Shown here: piece after piece, positions 14,315 through 26,907 of the stretch | How positions within the stretch are numbered: position 1 is the stretch's first letter | Layout: the number at the start of each line of letters is the position of its first letter | Assembly (NCBI RefSeq): GCF_000143415.4 | Contig: NW_003314309.1 | Coordinates: 737,459-801,458 of the forward strand | Direction of reading: 5' to 3' | DNA from: Selaginella moellendorffii | Taxonomy: Eukaryota > Plantae > Lycopodiophyta | Length of the DNA: 64,000 bases | Notes under the pieces: generated by a model | The model's input: the letters and a program-made list of their open reading frames with translations, nothing else | The model's database searches: none | What the model was told of the DNA's origin: nothing | Position numbers and translations under genes: made by a program

Positions 14315-17300
14315 ATGGAGCTCACTCCACTAAAATTCTTGCTGCTGTTCTTGCTACTGGCTGTCGTGGGCTACGTTGTTTTCACGTAAGTCACAAGGAA
14401 GATTTCATTCTTATTATTCACTTTTCTCTGTTCAAATTTATCATCAGTTGCACAGCACGTCTTGTTGCATGGGTGGTGAGCAGAATGATCGGTGGCACTG
14501 TACGATTCCGCATTGCTGGAATAAATGGGATCAAAGAAATCTCCATCGATCTCCATAAGGTGATGTTTGCGACTTGTCCCGCGTAGATTGCTCTAAGCGA
14601 TGAACTTGCAGGGACCGGTGGCTTATCTCACTGTCAGCGAGCTCAAAGTTTCTGTGAAAAAGCCTCCGGGCACAACTGGCTGGAACATCCTATCTTGGAG
14701 CTCCAAACTCCAGTTGATCATTTCTGACGTTGAGGTGGTACTCAGAAAACACAAAAGTTCCAGACCGCGAGGAAAGAAAAGACACAGGCACAATTCTACT
14801 GGTCGCGGAATATGGATGGTGGTGACCAACGTTGCCAAGTACCTCAGCGTCTCAGTGAATGAGATAGCGGTCAAAACTGTGGAGGTGGTAGTAGAGTTTT
14901 TTCTTCTATCAAACTGGGTTTCGCTGTTTTGCAGACCGCGACGATAACGCTGGATGTTAAAGAGCTGGAAGTGGATACTTTCCGGGACGATGCTGCTGTT
15001 TTTTCTCTCGGAGTGAAATTTTATCTTGCACCAATCGTTTTATATCTCGGTGAAGATAAGCGATTGACAGATGCTCCTGGGATTTTTCGACCACTGAGAA
15101 AGATTGAAGCCAACGGAGACTTTTATTTCTCGCTGGAGCATCTCTCGGTGTCAGGAATTATAGATCACGACAGGTAATCTTGATAATTGAGTTTGTAAAA
15201 TCTAAAAAAGAGTAGCGTTGCATCGATGACAGAGAAGCAGGGATGGTGATCAAACAGTTGGAGGCAGGATGCGGTGAGGCTATACTTAACGTAAGTGCCG
15301 AGTCGATGCCTCGAGGCCCTCTGGAAACTGTGTCGGATACAGATCCTCAGGAGATTCCTCATATAGAAAATCACGAGTCTCGAGAAATACACCCCGAGTA
15401 CGAAGCAAGAATTTTGGCAAGAAAGATCCCGGAGGCGGTGAGCTCATTCATACCCTTCTGTGTTCCATACTAACGTTGACGCTTATCCTAGATCAACTTC
15501 AGTTTGCCCAAGTTCACTATCGAAGCGAAAACTTCCTCCGGATTAGCTTCATTTAAGAACGAGATTAAGGGTATTTTTCTGCATGGAAGCAGATCCAGCC
15601 CACTCGATAACGTGGGCGTTATTTCGTTGCTTGACATTGAAGTAGACTTGGGCGAGATTCATGTAAGCAGTTCATTTGATGGTTTATTGTACTTCATATC
15701 TCGTCTTACACAGGTTTTTCAAGATGAAGAAAGTTCCGTGCTCGATATCATGAAGGTCTCTGTCAATGTTTCTGTGGAATTCCCTACGCAGGTAACAAGT
15801 TGATTGTTATCTTACTTTCGACCTTCCTTGAGTTCTACTTTTCCAGTTGGTTCGGCCATTGCGAGTGGAAGTAGATGTGAAGCTGGGAGGGACGCAGGTC
15901 AACTTACATATGAGCAGATACGACGAGTTTATGCAGCTTAAGTCGTTTCGTCCTGTAAAGAAGAAGAGAAGGAGCTCCTCGACTGCGCCGACTCGGAAAA
16001 TGAGCATATCATGGAGCTGTAGCATTTCAGCTCCTGAGATGGCGATTTTCTTTTATAGCCTCGAGCGATGGGCCTTTATGCACGTAAGTACGTTTGCTTT
16101 CAAAGATGGAATTGCAACTGCTTAACTTTCTGTAACAGGTTTTTTCTCAAACTTCTCATCTGTACATCAACATCATACCAAGTCACGGTGTTGTTGTTCA
16201 CGCTGAGCTGGGCGAGCTTTACCTCAACAGGATTGAAAAAGGGATGAGAGTTCCGACGGAGTTTCTGGTTGGTGTCGAAGGCGGTTCTGGCTGCGTTCTG
16301 CATTTATCCCGCATAGCCGTTGACAGTGGTGTAGAAGGAGCAGGGGAAACTCCGGCAGTGACGGTTGAAGCAGGTGCGACCGAGGTGTATATTGGTATGC
16401 TCAACATCAAAGCTGCTTTATTCGCTCTCGCTTCGATTAAATCTTGCCTTAAGGACAGGAGGACTGGAATTACCAAAGAAAAGGAACGTCATAAACGGGG
16501 TACTACAATTAAACTCCAGCTTGAGCAGCTAGTTTTTCATCTTGAAGAGCAGATGCACGTTGAGGACTCGACTGTTTCTGATCCGAAGAAAGTCAACTTT
16601 GGTAGCCAGGGGGGGATAGTGATCATCACAAAGCAGGAGGATAATCTGCGGACTGCCCGGGTCAAGCCCGTAGCCTTCAATCAAACAAGTTCGTCGGGAG
16701 TGAAGCAGAAGCTGACCGTCACCTTCTCTCTCATCGTCGTTTCTCTCGATCGCGAGAAGAAAACTACACTTCTGGAGCTTGAAAGTGGTCGAATGCTTTA
16801 CGAGGAAGTAGGCGCAGATGAGAAAAACGTCGCCGAAAAGACGCTGCTGGCAATGCACGCTGTCAAGCTTATTCACAGGCCTGCGAAGCTAGCGAACGAC
16901 GTCGTCATGCACTTCCTTCTGAGTGCACGGAATGTTTCACTCCACTGGGATCCAGACGTGCACTTGTTTTTCTACCAGCTGAGCCTCGGGGTGAAAGAGT
17001 TATTGCGCAATCGTGGCGCTGCCAAGAATCCCAAGAAGGCTGCTACTTCGAAGTCTAAAGCTTATTATGCCGTCGACATCGAAGACATGAACATCAATGC
17101 TGAACTGGCTGATGGAGTTGAAGGTTCGGTTCATATACAATCTCTTTTCTCTGAGGATGCGGTTGTGGGGATGCTCTTTGAGACCGTGGAAGTAGCTTTC
17201 AACAAAGCTGCTGTAGCCAGGATTGATCGACTCCAGGTTTCGCGAGTACCATCACTACTTCAAGAGCAGGATATGTCGAGGGGAAGACAGCTTTGGGATA

Positions 17301-20300
17301 TCGTTATACACGGGGCTGGCGTACTTATTATTATGCCATACAGGTTACCTCTTCGTGCTATCGACGACGCTGTTGAGGAGACTTGGAGAGGCTTGAAACT
17401 TGCAATGGTTGCAAAGAGAAACTCGATGCGTCGGACGAGTATGCCAGAATTTTCGAAACCAAAGGACAGGCCTTCGTTCCAACTGCATTCTATGAAGCTT
17501 CACGTCCGCGGTATAAAAGCAGAGATAGAAGAAGAACCTCTCCAAGGTTGGTTAGACGAGCATCATCTTCTTCTTCAACAGCAGTGCCGTGTACTTCTCG
17601 TTCGGGAAAAGCTTCTGGAAGAGTCGTATGCAAAAGTACAACTTACGAAGCAGGAAAAGCGGAAAATGTGGGAGCAGCTGCAGGAACAATCGTTTCAGGA
17701 ATATAGGCGGGCTTGTTCCAAGCTCATTCCTAGTCGAGGGTCAGGGGCTTGTGGCACAGGATTTCAAGCGAAGTTCAGAACAAGTGTCAGGAGAGCTTCC
17801 TTGATGTCTATTTCGGCAGAAACTCTGGAGTTCACGCTGACGAGAATCAAAGGAGGCAGATCTGGAATGATTGAAGCGATACGGAGACTTGACTGCGTGC
17901 AGCCGGACGTGCAAGTTCCATTTTCAAGACTCTATGGCGGGCACGTTATATTCGGAATGACATCACTTGCGATCTGTCTTCGAGATTATACGCCTATGCT
18001 TTCGGCATCTTCTGGAAGGTGCGAAGGGATCGCCATCTTTGCTCAGCAGGTACCAGACTGTAGTTTAGTTGTGATGTTTTCCAACCTTCTCTTCCTTGCA
18101 GGCAACATGTTTCCAGAAGCAGATGGTGCAACACCTATATGTCGGCCGATGGAGAGCTGTCGAGATGCTGCGTTCCATGAGTGGCACGACGCCATCGTAT
18201 AAGTTCTACAGCGAGCTGCCTATTGAGCTTACTACCGCGAAAGTGTGTTACGGTGTCGGTTTTGAACCTGCCTTCGCCGACGTGAGCTATGCCTTCACTG
18301 TTGCTCTACGGAGGTACAACCTCAGCGTGAGAGAGGAACTGGTACACAGACCCCCGCTCGTCAAAAAGGAGAAAAACTTGCCTTGGTGGGACGACATGAG
18401 ATATTACGTCCATGGGTTCAACAGCATCACCGTTTCCAATTTCGAGTGGAATTTTTTAGCGACAACGGATCCTTACGAGACTCAGAACCGGATGCATATG
18501 ATCTCGAGTACGATGGTTATCAGCCAGGCTGAAGGATCGCTTTCATTCCAGGGGGACAACTTTGATATGTACATATCCAGCTGGGAGGCACTGGAGAAAC
18601 AGCACCAGTTCATCCACGCTCCGGTCTTTCAACTCGTCATTACTATGGACTGGACTTGTGCGTCGGGTGCTCCTTTATTTCATTATCTTCATGCGTTTCC
18701 CATCGAGCAGCGTTCGCGAGAACTAGTTTATGATCCGTTCCGCTCACTCTCCTTGTCGCTGATATGGAGTTTCTCTCTTCAAGCTTATGCTCCAAAAGGA
18801 GAGAGTGGGATTAGCATGAGGAGAAACAGGACAGGCCAGAAGTTTTCTTCGCCTTCACAGCTACCAGGTTCTTGTCGAGTCGACGTTCCTTATATGAACC
18901 TCAGCGCACAGGATCTTATGTGGGTGTTCAAGTGGTGGAATCTTTACTACTCACCTCCACATAAGCTGCGCTCATTCTCGAGGTGGCCAAGGTTTGGGGT
19001 GGAAAGGCTACCGCGTTCAGGCAACTTGTCGCTCGATAAAGTTCTGACCGAGTTCATACTTAGAGTGGATTCGACTCCAGCTTTTATTCGTCACACGTCT
19101 GTAACAGACGATGATCCAGCCGAGGGGCTTACGTTCAGCATGCAGAAGCTACGTTACGAACTTTGCTACAGTCGGGGGCTTCAGAGGTATACCTTTGAAA
19201 CCAAGCGTGATATCCTCGATCTAGTCTACCAGGGATTGGACGTCCATTTGCTGAAGACGAAGCTCAAGGCCCTTTCCGACTCTGAGAATGGTATTCACAG
19301 CAGTGCTCACTCTGATAAGCTGAAGGAAGATGGTTTTCTTCTTTCTACGGATTGCTTTACATTAAGGAGGCAGTCTCCGAAAGCGGACACCGCGCGGCTT
19401 TCTCCTTGGAGAGAAAACGTTCAAGTTCGTGGGTCTGGTCACTACAGGCTTTCCGATAGTGAAAATGATCCTCCCGATGCAACGTCCTCAGATCCAAGTG
19501 ACGACGATGGCCTCAATGCAGTGCTGGCGGATAACTGTCTCAGAGTTTCTTTGTACAGCCTCAAGCTGTTTTGGACCGTGTGCAATCGGGATGCTGTATG
19601 GGCTTGGGTAGGAGATATCTCCAAAGCTTTTGAAGCACCGAAGCCGTCACCGTCCAGGCAATATGCTCAACGCAAGCTGGTGGAGGAGAAGCAAAAGGCT
19701 ACTGTTCTTGCTGAGCAGGGTGCAAAAGCTATAAGCTCTGCCCCATCTCAAGGTACGATGCTCCTAGAGAAAGCATGAAAATCAACTTTTGTTTTTCAGA
19801 GATGCTACGTTCAAGGCTAAAGGAAAATGTTGAGGAAGAAGAAACGCTGCAGTTTATGGTCAACGTCATTCAGCCTCAGTTTAATCTTCACTCAGAAGAC
19901 GCACATGTGAGTTTCATTCTTATAGATGGATCAGAAATTTATCTTTGCTTTTACTGTGCTTGCAGGGTCGGTTTCTTCTTGCAGCCGCAAGTGGTCGAGT
20001 ATTAGCACGCTCTTTTCATTCAACATTCTACGTAGGTCTTGAGGAGCTCCTTCAGCAGGCTCTTGGAGCTGCTTCATTTTCAACTCTTGGAAGCATTCCT
20101 GAACTGTCTTGGAAACGTCGGGAGCTGTCAGTACTGCTAGAACATGTGCAGGCTCATGTCGCACCAACGGATGTCGACCCTGGTGCAGGCATTCAATGGT
20201 TACCGCGAATTCCCAGAGGAGCAGTAAAGGTCAAGCGGACAGGTGCTTTACTTGAGCGCGTTTTTCTTCCGTGCTCTATGTATTTTCAATACATTCGCCA

Positions 20301-22861
20301 CAAAGGAGGATCGACGGATTGCAAAGTATGTTCTCTTGATATAATCGTTGTCAAACTTCTGACGTTTGCTTCAGGCAAAGGCTCTAAAGGACCTTTCTTT
20401 CAATTCTCCCAACATTACAGCTACGATGACCTCTCGTCAGTTCCATATCATGGTGGATGTTTTAAGCAGCCTTCTCTTTGCGACGCTTCCAAAGTGGGTA
20501 CTGGAATCAGCAAAAGCTTGATGCCTTACATGTTTTATTCAGGCCGCGTAAACGTGAAGAGGAAGAGGACGTGGTAGAAGAGGCAGACGAAGTAGTACCG
20601 GAAGGAGTAGAGGAAGTAGAGCTCGCTAGAATCAAACTCGAACAAGCAGACAGAGACGTGAAGCTCATATCGGATGATTTAAAAATCATTAGGCTGCGAT
20701 GGCGCACTGCAGCAGACGGAGGAGCAAGTCCGGACCAACTTTCGTTAAAAGAATCTCCAGAGAACTCGTTGAACAGAGCCTTGACTACGTCCGGCCTTGT
20801 AAGTGCTTTCATTTCTCCTCTCGTACTAAGAAATTTTACTAGGTACGGAAGCTGGAGTCTGAATTAGTTTTTAAAAAGAAGGAAAGGAAAGTAGCTTACA
20901 CTTCAGTAAGATCTGCAATGCACAGGGCAGCGCAACAGGAGAGGGAAAAGAACAAAATCCCCTCTGCTGCAATGCGAATATCTTGGGCTATTGACAAGGT
21001 TGTTTGGAGCATGTTATCCGATGGTGATACGTTTGCTGAAGCCGAGATAAGCAGCATGGTCAGTATTTTATGTCGAGCTATTTTTTCTATCATAATGTCC
21101 TTTTCTTTCTTCTTTTTTCATTCACAGATATTGAATGTTGACAGAGATTTCAACAACGTCGGTGTTGCACGTTTCACTACCAAGTCGTTTGTTGTCAAGA
21201 ATTGTGTCCGTCTTGCGAAATCAAATGTGCTGTCCGCGTGGAATCCACCAGCTGAATGGGGAAGGTAATACCGAGTTTTTTTTTTTTTTTAAGTTTGAAA
21301 ACTTTTCTCAGGAATGTTATGCTTCGCGTAGACGCCAAACAAGGACCTCCAAGAGAGGGACTTTCACTACTCGAAATGTTTCAGGTCCTTACGAGCGTAT
21401 TTATTTCTAACTTTGAGCTGTCTTTTATAACAGGTGGAAATCTACCCGCTTAGGATCCATCTGACTGAAGTAATGTATACGATGATGTGGGAGTACTTCT
21501 TCCCTGGTGACGAACAAGATCCGCAAAAGCGACAGGTACGTGACATATTTCAGCCAAGACTTCCTTCATGTATTAGTATTCAGGAGGTATGGAACTCCGG
21601 AACAAAGCGCAGCAAGAAAGGAGTTGCTGTCTTTGAGTCTACGAAGGAACCGTCCGTATCAAAAACCAGTGCTCCTGGAACTCCTCCTACGGTTCACGGT
21701 GGTCAAGCACCACAACGATCGACTGCTCAGGCAAGAAGACTAAGTTCAGCGAATGGCCTCCATTCACAATGCTCTTTCTGCTCACCTCTCAATCAGTCAA
21801 AGAATTTATTGGAACACCAACGCTCGGCGTCACTTGACAAGTTCTGGGGTGAGAAGGATACGGAGGGGTTTACAAGCGAGCTTGTCCTTTTCTCGAACTC
21901 AAACGCAGCTGCCTCGGATGACGCTCTAGCGGCAACCAGTGCCGTTGTCGAGGTTGATATAACCAAGTCCAAGGACGCACGTAAAGCTCGAACTGGCAAA
22001 GCCCCTCAAGAAGACAAAAAGGAGGCCAAGAGTCGAAAGATTTTCCTGGAGATACATAACATCAAAATCAGCCAGGTAATAATGTGGGCGCGCAGTGAAA
22101 CTGATCGCTTAACTGGGTGACTTTGCAGGTGGAGCTCCTCGTCACATACGAGGGATCGAAGATCTCCGTCAGTGAGCTGAGGCTACTGATGGACACGTTC
22201 ACGAGGACCGAATTCACTGGCTCTTGGCGTCGGCTGTTTTCTAGCGTGAAGAAACATATCATCTGGGGTGTCTTGAAGTCTGTCACCGGAATGCAGGTAA
22301 TTCAGTGAACGTCTTTGTTGAGGTTTCTCACTTGATTGATCCAGGGAAAGAAATTCAAGGATAAGATGCAAGCCCAAGCCCGCGAGCCGTTCCAAGACAG
22401 CGATTCAAACTCGAGTGACAGCGGCATCACGTCAAAGATCAGCACCAAGGAACGCTTTCCCATTCCCATTCCCCATTTTTCAAGCGCAGGGGAGGGGTTC
22501 GTGTCTTCCATACGAGGACTATTCAACTCCCAGAGGAAGAACATGGTGCGCAAGATACGAGGAGAGGAGAATCAACACGAGTGGAGCGACGGCGAGTTGG
22601 CCTCTCGAGCAACACACAAGGGGAAAACGAAGCTCCTGCGCAGGCACTCGAAGAAGCGCGCTAGCATATCCAAAGGTAAAGTCATTCACCATTTTGCAAG
22701 AGCAAACTCGGCAGCTTTTTTGTTGGTGGTGTTTGCCAGGTTCTATAATTCTGGGAGAAAGGTACTGCCCGTCTCCTCGAGCATCGTCGTCACCGTATCA
22801 CAGCGATGGCGAGGCCTCCAGCGGTGGTTCCTCCACGTACGAGGATTTTGATACGTCTTAG
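14315..22861 (+). CDS. SAB: SABRE/KIP (BLTP2/Hobbit/Fmp27) bridge-like lipid transfer protein, many exons
   Basis: N-terminal TM helix MELTPLKFLLLFLL...LVAWVVSRMIG. Motifs DPKKVNFGSQGG, EEEPLQGWLDEH, LPWWDDMRYYVHG, QFMVNVIQPQFNLHSE, EIYPLRIHLTE and VKKHIIWGVLKSVTGMQGKKFKDK. Ends YEDFDTS*. Confidence 0.93.
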
Positions 22862-22913
22862 CGGCCTTCAAAACTGTAAACATACTCGTAAATACATTGG
22901 AAATAATTAATCC

Positions 22914-23023
22914 AGGGATAGGGTTTATGATTAGGGGTTAGGGTTAGGGTTTAGGGTTGGAGAAAACCCTAAACCCTAGCATAAACATCGTAGGGTTTAA
23001 GGCTAAGCCCTAAACCCTAAACC
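22914..23023. repeat. Interstitial telomere-like repeats (TTAGGG/TTTAGGG) in both orientations
   Basis: TTAGGGGTTAGGGTTAGGGTTTAGGGTT followed by AACCCTAAACCCTA and CCCTAAACCCTAAACC. Confidence 0.85.
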
Positions 23024-23145
23024 GGTTGGCTTCTTAGTACAAAAACTCAATTTAGAAAAGTTGATAAGGCTACAAAACCAGGAAAATAGGACTTGGTTCG
23101 CGAATGTGGTTTGCGTTTTTCTTTGTGATTCTTGTTTCCTCATCT

Positions 23146-24125
<980 letters not shown>

Positions 24126-24707
24126 TGCTCCTCGCTCGCTCGCTCCTGCCCTAGCCGCTGGAAAGACAAAGCGCCCTAAATTGGACGGCTAAAACAGCAA
24201 ACTAATCTCAGCCGTCGGATGGACAACGTAAGATTTTAGGGCATTGTGAAGAGCAAAGAAAATGTGCAGTGATGCAGAGGAGCGAAATGGCTTGACGTAT
24301 TAGCGATGGAGTGGGCTTCCTAGAACCTTCTTTTGTATTGCTCCACATTGTGACTATGCTTCAACTTCGATGGTTTTAGTGGTGTTTTACTTTTTATAGA
24401 ATAGTTGATTCATTATCGAACCTTTCAAAATAAAGGTTGATAAATTTTCATATGAAATGTACAATTCATATATTATTATTTTATTAAATTGTTGGTCACA
24501 ACATTAAGTCTACTATACACATTACAACTAATCTATTATACTTATTCTTAAATATAAATTTTTTATATAAAACATATCTCATTTTCTATGATCTTTTTCT
24601 AATATTCTAGGATATTCTTTAATCTATTTTTCCGTGTTTAAATTTCTAGTTAAAAAAATCAGCAATTGCACTAATAATAATGGCTTAACAAGGCTTTATG
24701 AGATAAT

Positions 24708-24917
24708 AAACTCATTTTATCTTACGATGGCTATGCTATCTCATGGCTTACGATGGCTATTAACAATGGCTTAAGTATTTTATAATAAACTCATTTATCT
24801 TCCAAGCTTTGAACTCATTTATTATTACGATGGCTATGTTATCTCATGGTCTACGATGGCTATTAACAATGGCTTAAGTATTTTATAATAAACTCATTTA
24901 TCTTCCAAGCTTTGAAC
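24708..24917. repeat. Tandem duplication with ~103 bp period inside an AT-rich island (~24.3-26.5 kb)
   Basis: TTACGATGGCTATG...CTTCCAAGCTTTGAAC starts at 24722 and again at 24825. Confidence 0.85.
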
Positions 24918-26519
24918 ACAATTTCTTTTTATCATTTCCTCATTTTTGCTTTGATAACTACTAAAAATTCCTCTTCTAATGCTTTTTTATCCACTTTTTC
25001 TTTTTCAACAATATTGCTTTCTCAGTTTTTCTTGCTTTTTCCTCTTTGCTTTGACACTTCAAGTTTTTTCTTCTTTAAAAAAGGGGGTAGATAGGACAAA
25101 TAGGAGTCTAACTTTGAGGATGAATAGATACTATAATGGAGAAGTTTGAACTATATAAGTTATGGAGTGAGGATGAATATAATAAGTATGAATGAAACAT
25201 TTAACCCCAATTGTAGTACATATGATCATGAAATGAAATTTGGATATACTATCACCATGGGTACTTAAAACTTTGAGAAATAAATGAGGATAAAATAACT
25301 ACTAGGAGCTTTCTCATGAAACAATTACCCTTTTTCCAATTGGCTTAAAAGGAGAGAAATAGAGTATATTACACTAATGTAATGAAGTTGAATAAATGTA
25401 ATAATGAAATAAAGTTGAATATCAATAGCAAAGTGAAGATGAATGCAATAAATATGAACAAAGTTAGTGTTTTAAAACTTTATCTCCTTTACAAAGGGGT
25501 TAAAGACAATATAAAGGATGACCACAATAATATACATAATGCTAAATGAGGATGAAGGTTGTGAGTTTGAGTTAATATAAGTTTTAAAGGCTGATTAAAA
25601 AGAAGATGTAGATGTAGGTTTTATGAGTCCATGTTAATGGTGGTCATATATATGTATTATCTTGACTAAGTAATAGATTAATTATAATATTATAACATAT
25701 AAACCATCTATTTAGGATTAAATCTAGTCCATCTATTTTTGTATATAAGCAACAATCTAAACCCTAAATAATATACATAATCGTATATGCCTAGCACTTA
25801 TAGTAATTTTATAAACCATAAGGTTTAAAATATAAATCACCTTATAGTATTAACTAAATTAAAAAATTTAAAACTCTTTATAAATTAGAAAACAAAATTA
25901 AAATACATGCTAGCACTTTAAATATATATATTATTTTATATTTTAAATATAAGTATAGTACTTATAAAGTAATTTCTTTAAATTAAAAATTATAAAAGTA
26001 GTTGTTAATATATATAAATAATGGACAAGAAAAAATGTGTTAAATATAGTCAACTTTTATAGGGCTCTAGAAACTAATCTAGTTCAACCGTTAATTAATC
26101 CTCTTTAAATATTAGGTACCAAATCTGTTTTCTGAAAAAAAACTAATAGTAAAATAATTAGATAATTATTATGTTGAAGTATGTTCTACAACAATAGGCA
26201 TTTATTATAAATTAATTTTTTTGTAAGTTATTTATATTTTCTCTTTATGTTGTTAATATCACTTTTAGTTTGGATATTTATAAATTAAAATTTTAAAATA
26301 ACCATAATTTTGCATATAAATAAATTTGCGATATAATCTAAATTATTTATAAAATAATTAATACTTTTATTACTCTACATCAAAATATATTTTAAATGGT
26401 TATAAAAAATAAAATGTTTTATATTAAATTAATTTAATACTACTTTAAAAATCATATAATATTTTCTGTTAATTTTAATACTGGAACTAATTTCTACATT
26501 ATTCAATATGTTTTTTTAT

Positions 26520-26520
<1 letters not shown>

Positions 26521-26554
<34 letters not shown>
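26521..26554. repeat. (AG)17 microsatellite
   Basis: Read directly; marks the right edge of the AT-rich island. Confidence 0.95.
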
Positions 26555-26556
<2 letters not shown>

Positions 26557-26907
26557 TCTGCACACAGCAATATCTTATATATGAGTCGTAGCATCCTTGG
26601 AAACTGAAATAGTGTCATTCTCAAGAGGGAAACAAAATAAATTAATACTACACCTAGACAAAGTTCGCAGGAACAACAATCTATCCCAATCCATAATTAC
26701 ATGGATGTTCCAAGCATGGATGCTTAATCTTGCTCTTGCCAATGGGAGAGTAGTTTCGTCCTAGCTGCTGGTATTACGAACAACGTGAAATCCTCTGACA
26801 TAGTGACATAATGAATGAATGAATGGATCTGGGCAATTCTCTGCATATTGGTGAATCACAAAAACAAGCTTTCGTCTTGGTTCTTCGTCATCTTCAAGCA
26901 AGTTAAT

